In this document: positions 31,501 to 40,122 of the stretch, one piece after another
Numbering within the stretch: position 1 is the first letter of the stretch
Layout of the letters: each line of letters starts with the position of its first letter
Origin: an uncultured Clostridia bacterium
GTDB lineage: Bacteria; Bacillota; Clostridia; Christensenellales; UBA1242
DNA length: 64,000 nt
Reading direction: 5' to 3'
Assembly (NCBI GenBank): GCA_944377415.1
Contig: CALWEW010000003.1
Span: forward strand, 3,753 to 67,752
Position numbers and translations under genes: made by a program
Notes under the pieces: generated by a model
Database searches by the model: none
The model's input: the letters and a program-made list of their open reading frames with translations, nothing else
What the model was told of the DNA's origin: nothing

Positions 31501-34500
31501 TGTGATTGTTGTACCAGTCGCTTCGTTTATACCTCCACGATAAACGGCAAGGTGGTAGTCAGGGTTAGTGGGTGAGAATATGTTTTCTGCATTTTCGTCA
31601 TAACCAGGTTGACCTTGAACTACTGTTTGTTGTAGGTAATTACCAGTATAATTCTCATGGCGGAAGTAGTAGTATTCAAGGCTCGATTCATACTCATTTA
31701 AGTAGTCAAGTGTAAAGCTTGAAACCGCGAATGCATATGACTTTAAGAAAGTAACATTATCGTTATCTATATTTTCAATTAAATAATCAGTAAAGTTAGT
31801 TCCGCTTGTGTTGAGTGAGTTTAGGTAGACATCGTTTTCAATTAGGTTTACAAGGTTTTGGTAGGGTGATGTGTTGTCTACATAAAGTGATTGTGTTGTT
31901 TCATAATAAATCGACTGATTAGACATGTTCGGTGCATCATAATCATCGGGAGACATTGCGATGTAGTGTACATTTACAGTGTACTCGACATCGACGAGTT
32001 TATTTTGATAAAGTGATGTATTTTCATAGTCTGCACGAGGTAGAAGAATATAATAGTTATATACTCCATCTACGCGCATTTTGTAAAATTCGCTATCGCT
32101 AAGGTTAGTTGATTCGAGCGCTGCATTTATAATAGCATCAAGTTCAGCCTGCGTTTCGCGGTAAATAAATGTTACATTTTCAATTTCGTCAGGGTCGGAA
32201 AGTAGTTCTTCATATTCGTCAGCATCACAGGTAAGTAAAATTGGGTTAGAGAAACTGTAACTTGTAGTTGTACCAGAATTTTCATTTCCGTCTGCATCAA
32301 TTTTGGGATTTGATTTTGTGTAAATTGTTTTGTATACTAGCACATCATTAAAGGCAAGTTGGGCTGTGTATACATCAGTTGGGTCAGACCAACTTATGCG
32401 CACTTTGTCTGCACCAGTTACATTTGATTGAGAAATATCAATGTCTGTAAATGTTGTATCACCACTTTGGAAGTTAAAATCTGGGCTAATTCCTGTGAGT
32501 TCAAAGTTAAATATTGTATAATTTGGTGATAAGTCTATTAAATCATTTCCATATGTGAGTTCCTCAAAATATGTTGCATCGCCATTCATTACACCCGTTG
32601 TGTTTGCTAGGTCAAAGAGAATAACTCGATATTTCCCAACATTTGTAAATGCGTGTTTTAGATTGTCAAGAGGGTAGCAATCGTATGCTTCGCTTGCATT
32701 GTTTCTATATATATTAGAATAGAAACGCTGGTTATAGAAAGTGTAAATTCCTGTGTTTGAGCGTATAAATGTTTGCACAACTACTTGAACTCGCGAACTA
32801 TTTTGATAAGCATCGAAGATTTCATTTAGCAAAGTTGCGGCTTGACTTTCGTCAATTTCATCGCCAACAGGATAGTAATATTTGTCGTAAACACTGTTAC
32901 CGTTATCGGCTGCCCAAGTGCTTAAGTTTATACTTGCGGGTAAAATGTTACTATCAATCACCATGTTAGTTGGTTCACTAGCTGGGTCATTGGTCGCATC
33001 AAATGTTAATACATCACGGAAGATATCACTATTTGATGTACGACTAAATTGATTAAATGTAACTCCACCATAATCAGGATAACCTTCATACTCGCCCTTG
33101 TCATAACCAAAGCCTATTGAAATATCACTTCCGTAGTTGCTTGTATCGGTAGGAATAATAGGGTTGCGGTCAAGGTAGTAAGTGTAAGTTCTTACCAAAG
33201 TATCGCCACCTGCTTCTGCCGAATTTTCGTCAAAACCGTCGTGATATGTTCTAATGATTTCGTACATACCTGCCGAACTTGCAGCTCCGCCGTACGACTG
33301 AACATAGTCAAGAGGCACTAGTACACTAGTTTGGTAGTGAGTAGATGTAACGCTTCCGCTTGCTTCGACAGTAAATATTTGATAGTCAGACTCGCCGTCG
33401 CTATCATAAATAACTGTATCTTCATAAGAGTCAGAGTAGGGGTAGTTTTCGTTATCTTTATTATACGAGAAAGGATAGAAGCGAAGGACTATGCTGTCTA
33501 TTGTAAAGTATTCGTCTGCGACAGTCCAACTAAAAGTTACATAACGGCGATTTGTCGAGTATGTGTTTGGTACGACTTGACTGTCAGTAACTTCGTCTTC
33601 TGTACGAATGCTTTCAACTAATACAGGACCATCTGCGTTAGGTTCAAACGAGTCATAACTGCGTAAAGTACCTTGTGAGCGGTCAAGATTTACATCAACG
33701 GTAAAATTACCATTGTAATTGCGCATTTCATCATACACACGAATTGTATAACTTAGCGAATTGCTGTTGGCAAATTCGTGAATAGGGTGATTTAAATTAT
33801 CTACTACACCTTCTGGGCGAATTTGTGTTTGATGCGTGTCAGTTGAATCTGGTTTTGGGTCAACTGAAATAGTTCCCCACCAGTTTTTAGGAGTTCCGTC
33901 CGTGTCGATGTATGGTGTTATCGTTTCTGTTGTGCCATCTGAGATAGAGAACTCAACGCTATCAATAGGGGTAATATAATTATTTGCACTAATTGCAGAG
34001 TTTAGGGCATTTTTAACAATCTCATCTGCTGTGAAAGTGTTATTTGAAAGTGTCCATGTGTAGTCGCCGTTTACGAAGTCCAAAATGTCATTAATTTGAT
34101 TATCGGTAGATGATAGTTGATTAATAGAAATTGATTTGTGTGTGCCCCAGTAGAAGTCTGTGTCGTCGGTAATAATATTTACATATGAAGTTTGTTCTGG
34201 GTCTTGCAAAATTTGTGTTTCTGTGTCATCTAAAATCGTTATGAAAATCGCTGTGTTGCCCGCAGCATCGGTGAGAAGTAGCACTGCAAATTGAGGACTT
34301 GATATAATTTGTGAGGTGGGTAGGTTTGTGAATACATCAGTTATATCAACTTTATTGTAATTTATTGCGGGAGTAAAACCTCCAAAGGAAGAATCTGTGG
34401 GCATCAACACATTTTGATTTGAAGCCGCCATGCTTTTCATTTGTTCGATATAACTACTGTCTAATGAGAAGCTTCCATCTGTCTGAATACTTGAGTAAAC

Positions 34501-36885
34501 ATATCGAGCGGTGATTTCAGCTCCACTTGCTTTGTCGTCCCAAGTCCATGCAAACGGGGTGTTAGTTGCAAGAACATAATCGCTAGCGTTATCTGTAAGG
34601 CGAGATATTACAATTGCATCTCCGTTTTCGTCCGCGGCAACATGTCTACCTTCAATTTCAACTGCTGTTATGTTTGTAATAGGGGCAGTATCAATAACAA
34701 AATGATGGTTTACAAACGCTTCGGGAGAGTCTTCTCTAAAAACCTGAATGTAGTAGTTGCCGTCAAGTCCAGAGCGTCCATTTACACTTAAATTAGTACC
34801 ATAGAGCATTGTCGGTGTGCCGTTTGTAACATCAAAATAATCGCCAACACTATTTTGCTGGTAAACAAGGGCATTTATGTCGCCTTGACCGATTAGATTA
34901 TTACTCCAATCATAAGCATAATATCTTGCAGTAATTTCAGCATCAAAGGGGCCGACATTTTTCCATGAAACATAAACGAAGTCGTTTGTATAGTCGTTCA
35001 TGTTTAGTGCAGTTGCCGATGCATCTTTAATTCCAGGGTAGTCAGAAGTTGTCTTTGCACTAATTTCTATTTGTGGGGTATCATTAGTAATTTCGAAGTA
35101 GAATATTTGATGTGCATACTGATAAGTCATGCCGTCATTTGCATGACCTGATTCATAAATTATGTTCTCATAAGTTAAGTAAACGAGATATGTACCTGCA
35201 TTTTGGAATTGAAGGTTACGAGTGTAATTAGACACCGTAATATTGCCTAAAGTGTCTCGGTAAGCATACCAACTTACATTTGTTGCTTGAAGCCTACCGT
35301 AAAACTCAAAACTTACGGGAGGCATGTTAGTACTAGCATGAATTACTTTTGTTGAGTTTAAGTTGAATACTCCGCCTTCGCTTTTATCCAGAAAGAGATT
35401 TTCAATAACTCCAGTTGCACTAACATCGGTTGATGTCAAGCTGTCATTAGTAATTACGCTGTTATTTTCACTAGCGTTGGTATTTAAAAAGCTGAAATCT
35501 GCAGTGTAAATACTTTCAGGTGGGGTTGGGTCGCTAGCAGAAATTGTAGTGATTTCTGTGTTGCTTGTCAAAAAGTCATGAGCGTAAACAACACTTGGAG
35601 TAGTCGATGGGACAGTACTCATAGAATTATAAGCATAAGTATTGTCATAAAGTGATGCGGTTGTTGAGCGTGAATCTGCGTAATTCGCAGTATAACCATT
35701 TATTACAAGTCTTTCACTTTTTAATAGGTCTTCATTTGATGTTACAACTTCGCCGCTGGCAAGAGCATAAGTCGCAACTCCGTTGTTGTCTGACGGGTTT
35801 CCAGTACGCAAACGCGCAGTTTTGTTTATTACATATTCACCTGCTTCATCAAATTGAACTCGTAAAGTGTAATGGTCATTATTACCTTTTTCAATACGAT
35901 ATGTGCGAGAGTTTGAAAGACCTGTGTTTGTTGAAGTTGTTACAATCAATTCACCATATTCGCCACTGCCAGAGTCACGGGCAGTGAAATTAAGTTCTAC
36001 GGTTTCAACATAATTATAAAGAGTGCGAGTGTAGGTAATTTGATACTTTTCAGGATTGTAATATAGTTGGGGATAATATAATTCACCTTTTGTAGAGCGG
36101 GTGATTAGGCTCAAATTTTCATCGTAAATAGTTGTGTATTCGTTGTTGTAGTTAAAGTAGTGGAGCATACCATACTCTTGATTAGACAAAGTAAATTTCT
36201 CGGTGTCGTTAAGTGATGGCATTTCAAGAGGAACAGAATAGGTCTTTTGAGTGGTTAGGTAAAAGGTGAAAGTAAAGTTGTATTGTTGACCTGTTTCTCT
36301 ATCCATGTACGGAATTTCGATGTCATATCTGCCTTCGGGGTCAGAAACTTCGGTATCAACTCCCGTATCGTAGCGGGTGATGTAGTCGCTGTTTAGATTG
36401 TCTTCTGCGACTTCGTCAGGTGTAAGCCCGTGAAGATAAAGGATAGTTTCAAGAGTGTCGCCATCTTCGTTTATATAGTTGTCTTGAATTAACTGACCAT
36501 TAAATCTAACATTTACATTTGTAAAGTATAAACCACTTGCGTTGTTTGGACCTCCAAAGTAAATATAAATAGCCTCTCTGCCGACTTGCTCGATACCTTC
36601 TTCATCTTGAAGTGTTGCTTGCTCGGTGTTTAACATGACAAATTGTCCGTTTTCAATGCTTTCTGCGGAACTAACAATGTGCCTAATTTCTGTAGGGCTA
36701 TATTCTCCATCATCAGCGTAAGCATCAGGTAAAAAAACCTTTTCAATATACACTGTTGGAGTAGAAACGGCACTAGCACTTTTTTGTTTTGCAAGTAAGG
36801 ATACACCGAGCATGCTAAAAGCCAGCAAGGCAATAATACTTACCACAGCTAAAACTGTGTAGTTTCCGAATTTCCTATTATTCAT
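28513..36885 (-). CDS. giant (2790 aa) envelope protein: N-terminal signal/anchor, about 2700 aa of Ig/PKD-like beta-sandwich repeats, C-terminal TM helix with a basic tail
   Basis: Uninterrupted 8.4 kb ORF with a GGGGGA ribosome-binding site. N-terminal hydrophobic segment YTVLAVVSIIALLAFSMLGVSLLA followed by SASA. The motif GxYxhxhxDxxGN recurs, for example PGYYDIIEQDTAGN, LLLTDAAGNTAIF, GIYTIRIHDAVGQ, EGVYTVRLYNSMG and AGTYIVQIQSASGN. The C-terminus is VPLNTAAIILIVVACVVVVGLVIMFIIMRTRMKVR. Confidence 0.9.
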   Translation of the reverse strand: MNNRKFGNYTVLAVVSIIALLAFSMLGVSLLAKQKSASAVSTPTVYIEKVFLPDAYADDGEYSPTEIRHIVSSAESIENGQFVMLNTEQATLQDEEGIEQVGREAIYIYFGGPNNASGLYFTNVNVRFNGQLIQDNYINEDGDTLETILYLHGLTPDEVAEDNLNSDYITRYDTGVDTEVSDPEGRYDIEIPYMDRETGQQYNFTFTFYLTTQKTYSVPLEMPSLNDTEKFTLSNQEYGMLHYFNYNNEYTTIYDENLSLITRSTKGELYYPQLYYNPEKYQITYTRTLYNYVETVELNFTARDSGSGEYGELIVTTSTNTGLSNSRTYRIEKGNNDHYTLRVQFDEAGEYVINKTARLRTGNPSDNNGVATYALASGEVVTSNEDLLKSERLVINGYTANYADSRSTTASLYDNTYAYNSMSTVPSTTPSVVYAHDFLTSNTEITTISASDPTPPESIYTADFSFLNTNASENNSVITNDSLTSTDVSATGVIENLFLDKSEGGVFNLNSTKVIHASTNMPPVSFEFYGRLQATNVSWYAYRDTLGNITVSNYTRNLQFQNAGTYLVYLTYENIIYESGHANDGMTYQYAHQIFYFEITNDTPQIEISAKTTSDYPGIKDASATALNMNDYTNDFVYVSWKNVGPFDAEITARYYAYDWSNNLIGQGDINALVYQQNSVGDYFDVTNGTPTMLYGTNLSVNGRSGLDGNYYIQVFREDSPEAFVNHHFVIDTAPITNITAVEIEGRHVAADENGDAIVISRLTDNASDYVLATNTPFAWTWDDKASGAEITARYVYSSIQTDGSFSLDSSYIEQMKSMAASNQNVLMPTDSSFGGFTPAINYNKVDITDVFTNLPTSQIISSPQFAVLLLTDAAGNTAIFITILDDTETQILQDPEQTSYVNIITDDTDFYWGTHKSISINQLSSTDNQINDILDFVNGDYTWTLSNNTFTADEIVKNALNSAISANNYITPIDSVEFSISDGTTETITPYIDTDGTPKNWWGTISVDPKPDSTDTHQTQIRPEGVVDNLNHPIHEFANSNSLSYTIRVYDEMRNYNGNFTVDVNLDRSQGTLRSYDSFEPNADGPVLVESIRTEDEVTDSQVVPNTYSTNRRYVTFSWTVADEYFTIDSIVLRFYPFSYNKDNENYPYSDSYEDTVIYDSDGESDYQIFTVEASGSVTSTHYQTSVLVPLDYVQSYGGAASSAGMYEIIRTYHDGFDENSAEAGGDTLVRTYTYYLDRNPIIPTDTSNYGSDISIGFGYDKGEYEGYPDYGGVTFNQFSRTSNSDIFRDVLTFDATNDPASEPTNMVIDSNILPASINLSTWAADNGNSVYDKYYYPVGDEIDESQAATLLNEIFDAYQNSSRVQVVVQTFIRSNTGIYTFYNQRFYSNIYRNNASEAYDCYPLDNLKHAFTNVGKYRVILFDLANTTGVMNGDATYFEELTYGNDLIDLSPNYTIFNFELTGISPDFNFQSGDTTFTDIDISQSNVTGADKVRISWSDPTDVYTAQLAFNDVLVYKTIYTKSNPKIDADGNENSGTTTSYSFSNPILLTCDADEYEELLSDPDEIENVTFIYRETQAELDAIINAALESTNLSDSEFYKMRVDGVYNYYILLPRADYENTSLYQNKLVDVEYTVNVHYIAMSPDDYDAPNMSNQSIYYETTQSLYVDNTSPYQNLVNLIENDVYLNSLNTSGTNFTDYLIENIDNDNVTFLKSYAFAVSSFTLDYLNEYESSLEYYYFRHENYTGNYLQQTVVQGQPGYDENAENIFSPTNPDYHLAVYRGGINEATGTTITEPGYYDIIEQDTAGNMRVYTIFVTGGDSTMHATINDDSIDFYTTTASGTTVYYNNQQYYPNNKDIIEFNSGDFRFDLIESSDLWTTFTIRNLMGQQERETYYYAPDDTLTNLPTFSGVTVNNIDTIIQNINNFIQETALTYSNSQGCRIQLTIHSRLNSDNDIVIYINTAGALLIDSEESFLSLITVNNDNTFTIRLPDTRSIPSTWLEDFRVYRDGSLQSYDANLKPLPNSASDITDDSIINGYTFRLASNVTYRFEFTDNFGRSYTYSYPTDTSVVRELTYSGGTMEYEYGGTLYTYTSNDVLFRYQSSALRINLSITDLDTNTLLYTNSNQDGTVSDLPTDSPYFDLAIDDMSLGVTNLTFNATQNIHYLVHIAVDNYTDTATIFEFVIYTHFPTISITDTAGSPLINDVTSRPVMISWSQTNSLFNPYVTLVSPDGTETEITSPTTVSEEGVYTVRLYNSMGVYSNGTRVFTIRSYEVSVYGVYQLDSQGNTTQLTAHSVPYNYAMTTGGTTSNMSMPQYFFLSSDSDWDRNIEIVRNRDKGLNYRVVDEFGNTRICNVYGTTTHVISTYFAVTRIPTSNISSATNFRINGETPTSNSRNIYKRLTDTENATATLTWETTYYDSSITTAGIENTYADFYSLELWYNNVLVGTYTSGNILLTQSGIYTIRIHDAVGQNQYFGANYTEFTLNLLNEVVYYVNDLAPIQYATFSNDVDLYIPTTFSGDLSEYDSLEVSITRNNEAYTLAATDGHYIFTEPGVYTVSMRGSIRSVVGTNSADLVSTYQFTILSPNEALTSYEFTAMTGYEIISVVRSGTDITDEVRGTNSTIHSIYIDPDNYGVGRYSITVRYAGTGYNPSQNYTFDFWINNEIPTISCSRDWGSSSTSGFTITINPASIYERVGDCYIVVNGQIVYTINAENGTVVEPQNFNYNEAGTYIVQIQSASGNVLSSNRLTIDVPLNTAAIILIVVACVVVVGLVIMFIIMRTRMKVR

Positions 36886-37046
36886 AAAAAGTCCCCCTTT
36901 TTTATGCCCGTAAAAATCACAATTTAATTACTAAATAATTTTATCAAATTGCCGTAGAAAACACAAATAAAATGATATAATTTGACAATTTTTTTAGATA
37001 AAAATCGCATTATGACTATTTTTTGTTTTTTTGTCGAAAAAATACA

Positions 37047-37072
37047 CAAAAAAGCGGGGTAACCGCTTTTTT
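37047..37072 (-). terminator. rho-independent terminator after the coupling-protein gene
   Basis: AAAAGCGG-GGTA-ACCGCTTTT hairpin (37050-37070) flanked by A and T runs, abutting the stop at 37071-37073. Confidence 0.6.
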
Positions 37073-39035
37073 AAAAGTTAAAGTTGTTATTGCTTAAAAC
37101 AAGTTTGTTTCGCTGTCTAATGTCATAGTAAATCTGGTCTTCGTTTATGAAGCGAGGAATAACATAATCATCATTCATAGGCTTCATATTATAAACATTG
37201 CTAACTTTGTATGCGAATGTAAATTCACTTTTTAAGGCTTTTTCCTTAAACATTGACACAATCATTTCACCTTTCTTTAAGTAGCCGAGTTCGTCAGGTG
37301 TAATGAGTGCACGACTGACACGCTGAACATTAGTCGACTTTGTTGTGTCTTGTTTTGACTTGCTTTCACTTGTTGATTTTGCTTCGACACTCGTTTGTCC
37401 GCATCGAGCGCTAAATTCTTCTTTTGTTTTTTGGTCTTCTGTACCTAAGTATACATGTACATTACAGTTTGATTTGATAACATCTGCCGCTGCTTCACCA
37501 TATTTGATTTCGACCTGTCTGTAACTTTGTACGACGAGCATGAGCGCGATTCCACGGCTACGACCGACAGTTACAATACTTTCAAATCTAGGAATTTTTG
37601 GCATGTTTGCAAACTCGTCAAGAATAAAATAAACATGGCGAGGAAGTTCTAGTTTCGGCGTTCGACTTGCGACTTCAACAAGGGTTTTGTACATTTGCAA
37701 TACGCACATTTGTGCTATAGGGTGGCGCGTTTCTTTTTCGTCGGGAACCTTGATAAATAGCGCTGTTGGTTTGTCTGCAAAGTGTTCAAAATCAATTTCG
37801 TCTGCACTAGTAGCAAAACATACACCGCTATCAGCAAATACATTAACAGCATTTGATACCATACCAAAGTAAGAGCGAGTTGTACCAGGTGCATTGTTTA
37901 CAATAGGACCTGCAAGGGTAGTTGCGTTTGACATGGGTCCACGCCCTTCAAAATATTTTTGCAGTGAGCCAAATTGTCTGTCGGGGTCGGCATCGCGCAC
38001 ATTACATATCTTATATAAATTAAAGAAATTATATTTCTCTGCTGTCATATTAAGACGCGGGTCGGCGGAGTCTTCGAGCATGGCTAGCATAGTGCCTAGG
38101 ATAAAGTCCTTTGCGCCTTGTTGCCAGCTTGCATCATTAGTACCCTCTGATACAGGACTTAGGGACATCGCAATGTCATTTAGGTCTTCAAACGCCGAGT
38201 CAATTAGACCTTTTCTCGTGGCGGTTAACTGGCTTTCTATTGAGTCGCGGTTCGGAAAAGCGACTCCCTCAAACTCGTACCACTCGTTATCATACACTGG
38301 GGAAATGACACGAAGTCCACAGTCAGCGGGGTTTTCGTTGCGGTGGACAATTACTTCTTTTCTCAGATTTAGCGCGCGTTGATAGTTTTTATAAGGTTTG
38401 TACATCGGGTTCCAGCGCGTACTTGAATACGGATTTCGCAGGTCAAAAGTAACTAGGGTGTAGCCCTCGTCTTTTAACTTGTTGCCGTGCATATTATATA
38501 ATTCACCCTTAACGTCCATGATTACCAAACTTGGTTTTGTTGAGGTGCTTGCCAAAATTTGAATAGTAGGGGAAATATAACCAGCAGTTTTACCACTACC
38601 AGTAGTACCTACAATCATAGTGTGCCAAACTTCGTGTAGAAGATTTACCTTTACATTGTTTCCAACCGCTTGCGCGCGAATAGGCACACCGTCTTTGTGA
38701 CTATGAAGGTCGCGAAAAAAACAACCATCGTACTTTTTATTAAGTTCTTGTTCTGTAAGCCATTCAGAATCGAAAAACTGCTCCGTTGGCTTTTTACCGT
38801 CTTTTTTCTTTTTATCTGATGACTTAAACATAGATTTGCCATTTGCTGCTTGCACTAAAATGTAAAGAATGAAGGCAACCATTATTAGAGCCCAAATACC
38901 CCACGAATAACCGCCCATAATTCCTTCAACAGTAATTGAGCCTGTTTCTAAAAATGAGCCGATTATACACGATATGCCGTAACCCAAAATAGCAACGACA
39001 ACAAAAGCCCAGAAATACTTCCAAAACTTATTCAT
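37071..39035 (-). CDS. type IV coupling protein (VirD4/TraG family ATPase)
   Basis: Two N-terminal TM helices. Walker A GTTGSGKT (nt 38586-38609). Walker B region YFILDEFANMPKIP. The segment GRSRGIALMLVVQSYRQVEIKYG is typical of TraG/VirD4. Confidence 0.85.
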   Translation of the reverse strand: MNKFWKYFWAFVVVAILGYGISCIIGSFLETGSITVEGIMGGYSWGIWALIMVAFILYILVQAANGKSMFKSSDKKKKDGKKPTEQFFDSEWLTEQELNKKYDGCFFRDLHSHKDGVPIRAQAVGNNVKVNLLHEVWHTMIVGTTGSGKTAGYISPTIQILASTSTKPSLVIMDVKGELYNMHGNKLKDEGYTLVTFDLRNPYSSTRWNPMYKPYKNYQRALNLRKEVIVHRNENPADCGLRVISPVYDNEWYEFEGVAFPNRDSIESQLTATRKGLIDSAFEDLNDIAMSLSPVSEGTNDASWQQGAKDFILGTMLAMLEDSADPRLNMTAEKYNFFNLYKICNVRDADPDRQFGSLQKYFEGRGPMSNATTLAGPIVNNAPGTTRSYFGMVSNAVNVFADSGVCFATSADEIDFEHFADKPTALFIKVPDEKETRHPIAQMCVLQMYKTLVEVASRTPKLELPRHVYFILDEFANMPKIPRFESIVTVGRSRGIALMLVVQSYRQVEIKYGEAAADVIKSNCNVHVYLGTEDQKTKEEFSARCGQTSVEAKSTSESKSKQDTTKSTNVQRVSRALITPDELGYLKKGEMIVSMFKEKALKSEFTFAYKVSNVYNMKPMNDDYVIPRFINEDQIYYDIRQRNKLVLSNNNFNF

Positions 39036-39427
39036 AATACCTCCGATTTTTTAAACTTTTTTAAAGTGAAGAATAAAGGCGAAATTAAGTTAATGGGTAA
39101 ATTTTTGTAAAAAATTACCGAAAAACAGGTGGTAATTTTCGATAAATTTTTACTCAATTTAGATTATTTTTGGCAAAAACTTTAAAAAAATTTAAAATTT
39201 CTTAAAAATTGTACTTAATTAATTTGCTTTTGTCAAATTTATTTGGTAATATATTTTCATAAATTTGTGTTTGCTTGATTTTTTGGCAGTTGTAATTGCG
39301 TATTTGAGCCTTAATAATATGTAATTAATTATACGCATAATTTTGAATTTCAAGCAAAACATAATTTAAAAGTTTTAGTTTAAGGCAATTCTAAAACAAA
39401 TCAAAAAATATCGGAGGTATTTGATTA

Positions 39428-39817
39428 ATGAGTGCACTCATGTTTCAAGCGGCCAACGCTATTATGAACTCTGCTGCAGGCTTCCCTTTGTTAGCTGATG
39501 GTTCAGACCCTACAACACCTGACATTAATTCAGGACAATGGGCTTGGGTAGGTGAAATTGTTGATGCAATTAACACAATTCTTTATCCTTTGCTAATTCT
39601 TCTTGCTACAGCAGGTGTGATTTACGCCATAATTTTGGGTGTAAAATTAGCGCGTGCCGAAAGTGCGGACCAGCAACAGGAGGCAAAAAAGCGTTTGGTA
39701 AACTTTATTATTGGTCTTGTTGCGGTAATTGCGTTGATACTTCTCATGAAGTTGGTATGTACTTATCTTCCTGAATGGGTACCTAGCCTTTACATTGACA
39801 CTTCAACAGGTAACTAA
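39428..39817 (+). CDS. small two-helix membrane protein, VirB2/TrbC-pilin-like topology
   Basis: 129 aa with a GGAGG ribosome-binding site. A possible signal peptide ends at ...FPLLA/DGS. Two hydrophobic helices (ILYPLLILLATAGVIYAIILGV and LVNFIIGLVAVIALILLMKLV) are separated by a charged loop, KLARAESADQQQEAKKR. It is the first gene of the T4SS arm. Confidence 0.5.
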   Translation: MSALMFQAANAIMNSAAGFPLLADGSDPTTPDINSGQWAWVGEIVDAINTILYPLLILLATAGVIYAIILGVKLARAESADQQQEAKKRLVNFIIGLVAVIALILLMKLVCTYLPEWVPSLYIDTSTGN

Positions 39818-39835
39818 TAGGCTAGTAATTTATAA

Positions 39836-39893
39836 TGAAAAGTTGATAGTAATGATAGTAGTGTTTATATGCTATCGACTATCAACTTTTTTA
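39836..39893 (+). terminator. probable terminator/attenuator after the pilin-like gene
   Basis: AGTTGATAGT...ACTATCAACT forms a 10-bp outer stem and TGATAG/CTATCG an inner helix, followed by TTTTTT. Confidence 0.45.
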
Positions 39894-39894
39894 T

Positions 39895-40085
39895 GTCTAG
39901 CGCAGCATCTACTTCGTCGTTCGGTTATTTTCGACCGCTTACGGTGCGTGTGCGCACTCCAAATAGAGAGGAAACACACTCGCCGAAGGCGTATCGGCAT
40001 GGGCGGACGACCGCCCCGCCCGAAAAAACCTACACTTCTCGTATCTGCCGCACTTCCACAAAAAATAAATAGCAAGATACGCAAA
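39895..40085 (+). other. GC-rich structured non-coding segment (candidate leader or sRNA)
   Basis: I count 72 G+C in the 120 nt from 39901 to 40020 (60%), within otherwise AT-rich spacers. Local hairpins are GGGCGG-ACGA-CCGCCC, CGCC-GAA-GGCG and GTGCG-TGTG-CGCAC. Only implausible overlapping ORFs occur, on both strands. Confidence 0.3.
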
Positions 40086-40122
40086 AATTAGTAGAGACAA
40101 AAAATAAAAGGAGTTTACAGAT

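Noticed and set aside
32769-36833. Embedded ORFs within the 2790-aa gene (32769-32969, 33331-33621, 35652-35987, 36630-36833)
   Set aside because: Same reasoning: these are shadow ORFs of a long, well-supported coding frame.
37687-38842. ORFs overlapping the coupling-protein gene, including a 162-aa antisense ORF at 37894-38382
   Set aside because: The VirD4/TraG frame carries clear Walker A/B and family motifs. The antisense products have no features and no ribosome-binding site.
39990-40035. preQ1-I-like riboswitch (hairpin followed by CGAAAAAACCUA)
   Set aside because: The hairpin loop is only 4 nt (ACGA), so it cannot form the ligand pocket or the pseudoknot with the A-rich tail. The other conserved positions do not fit.
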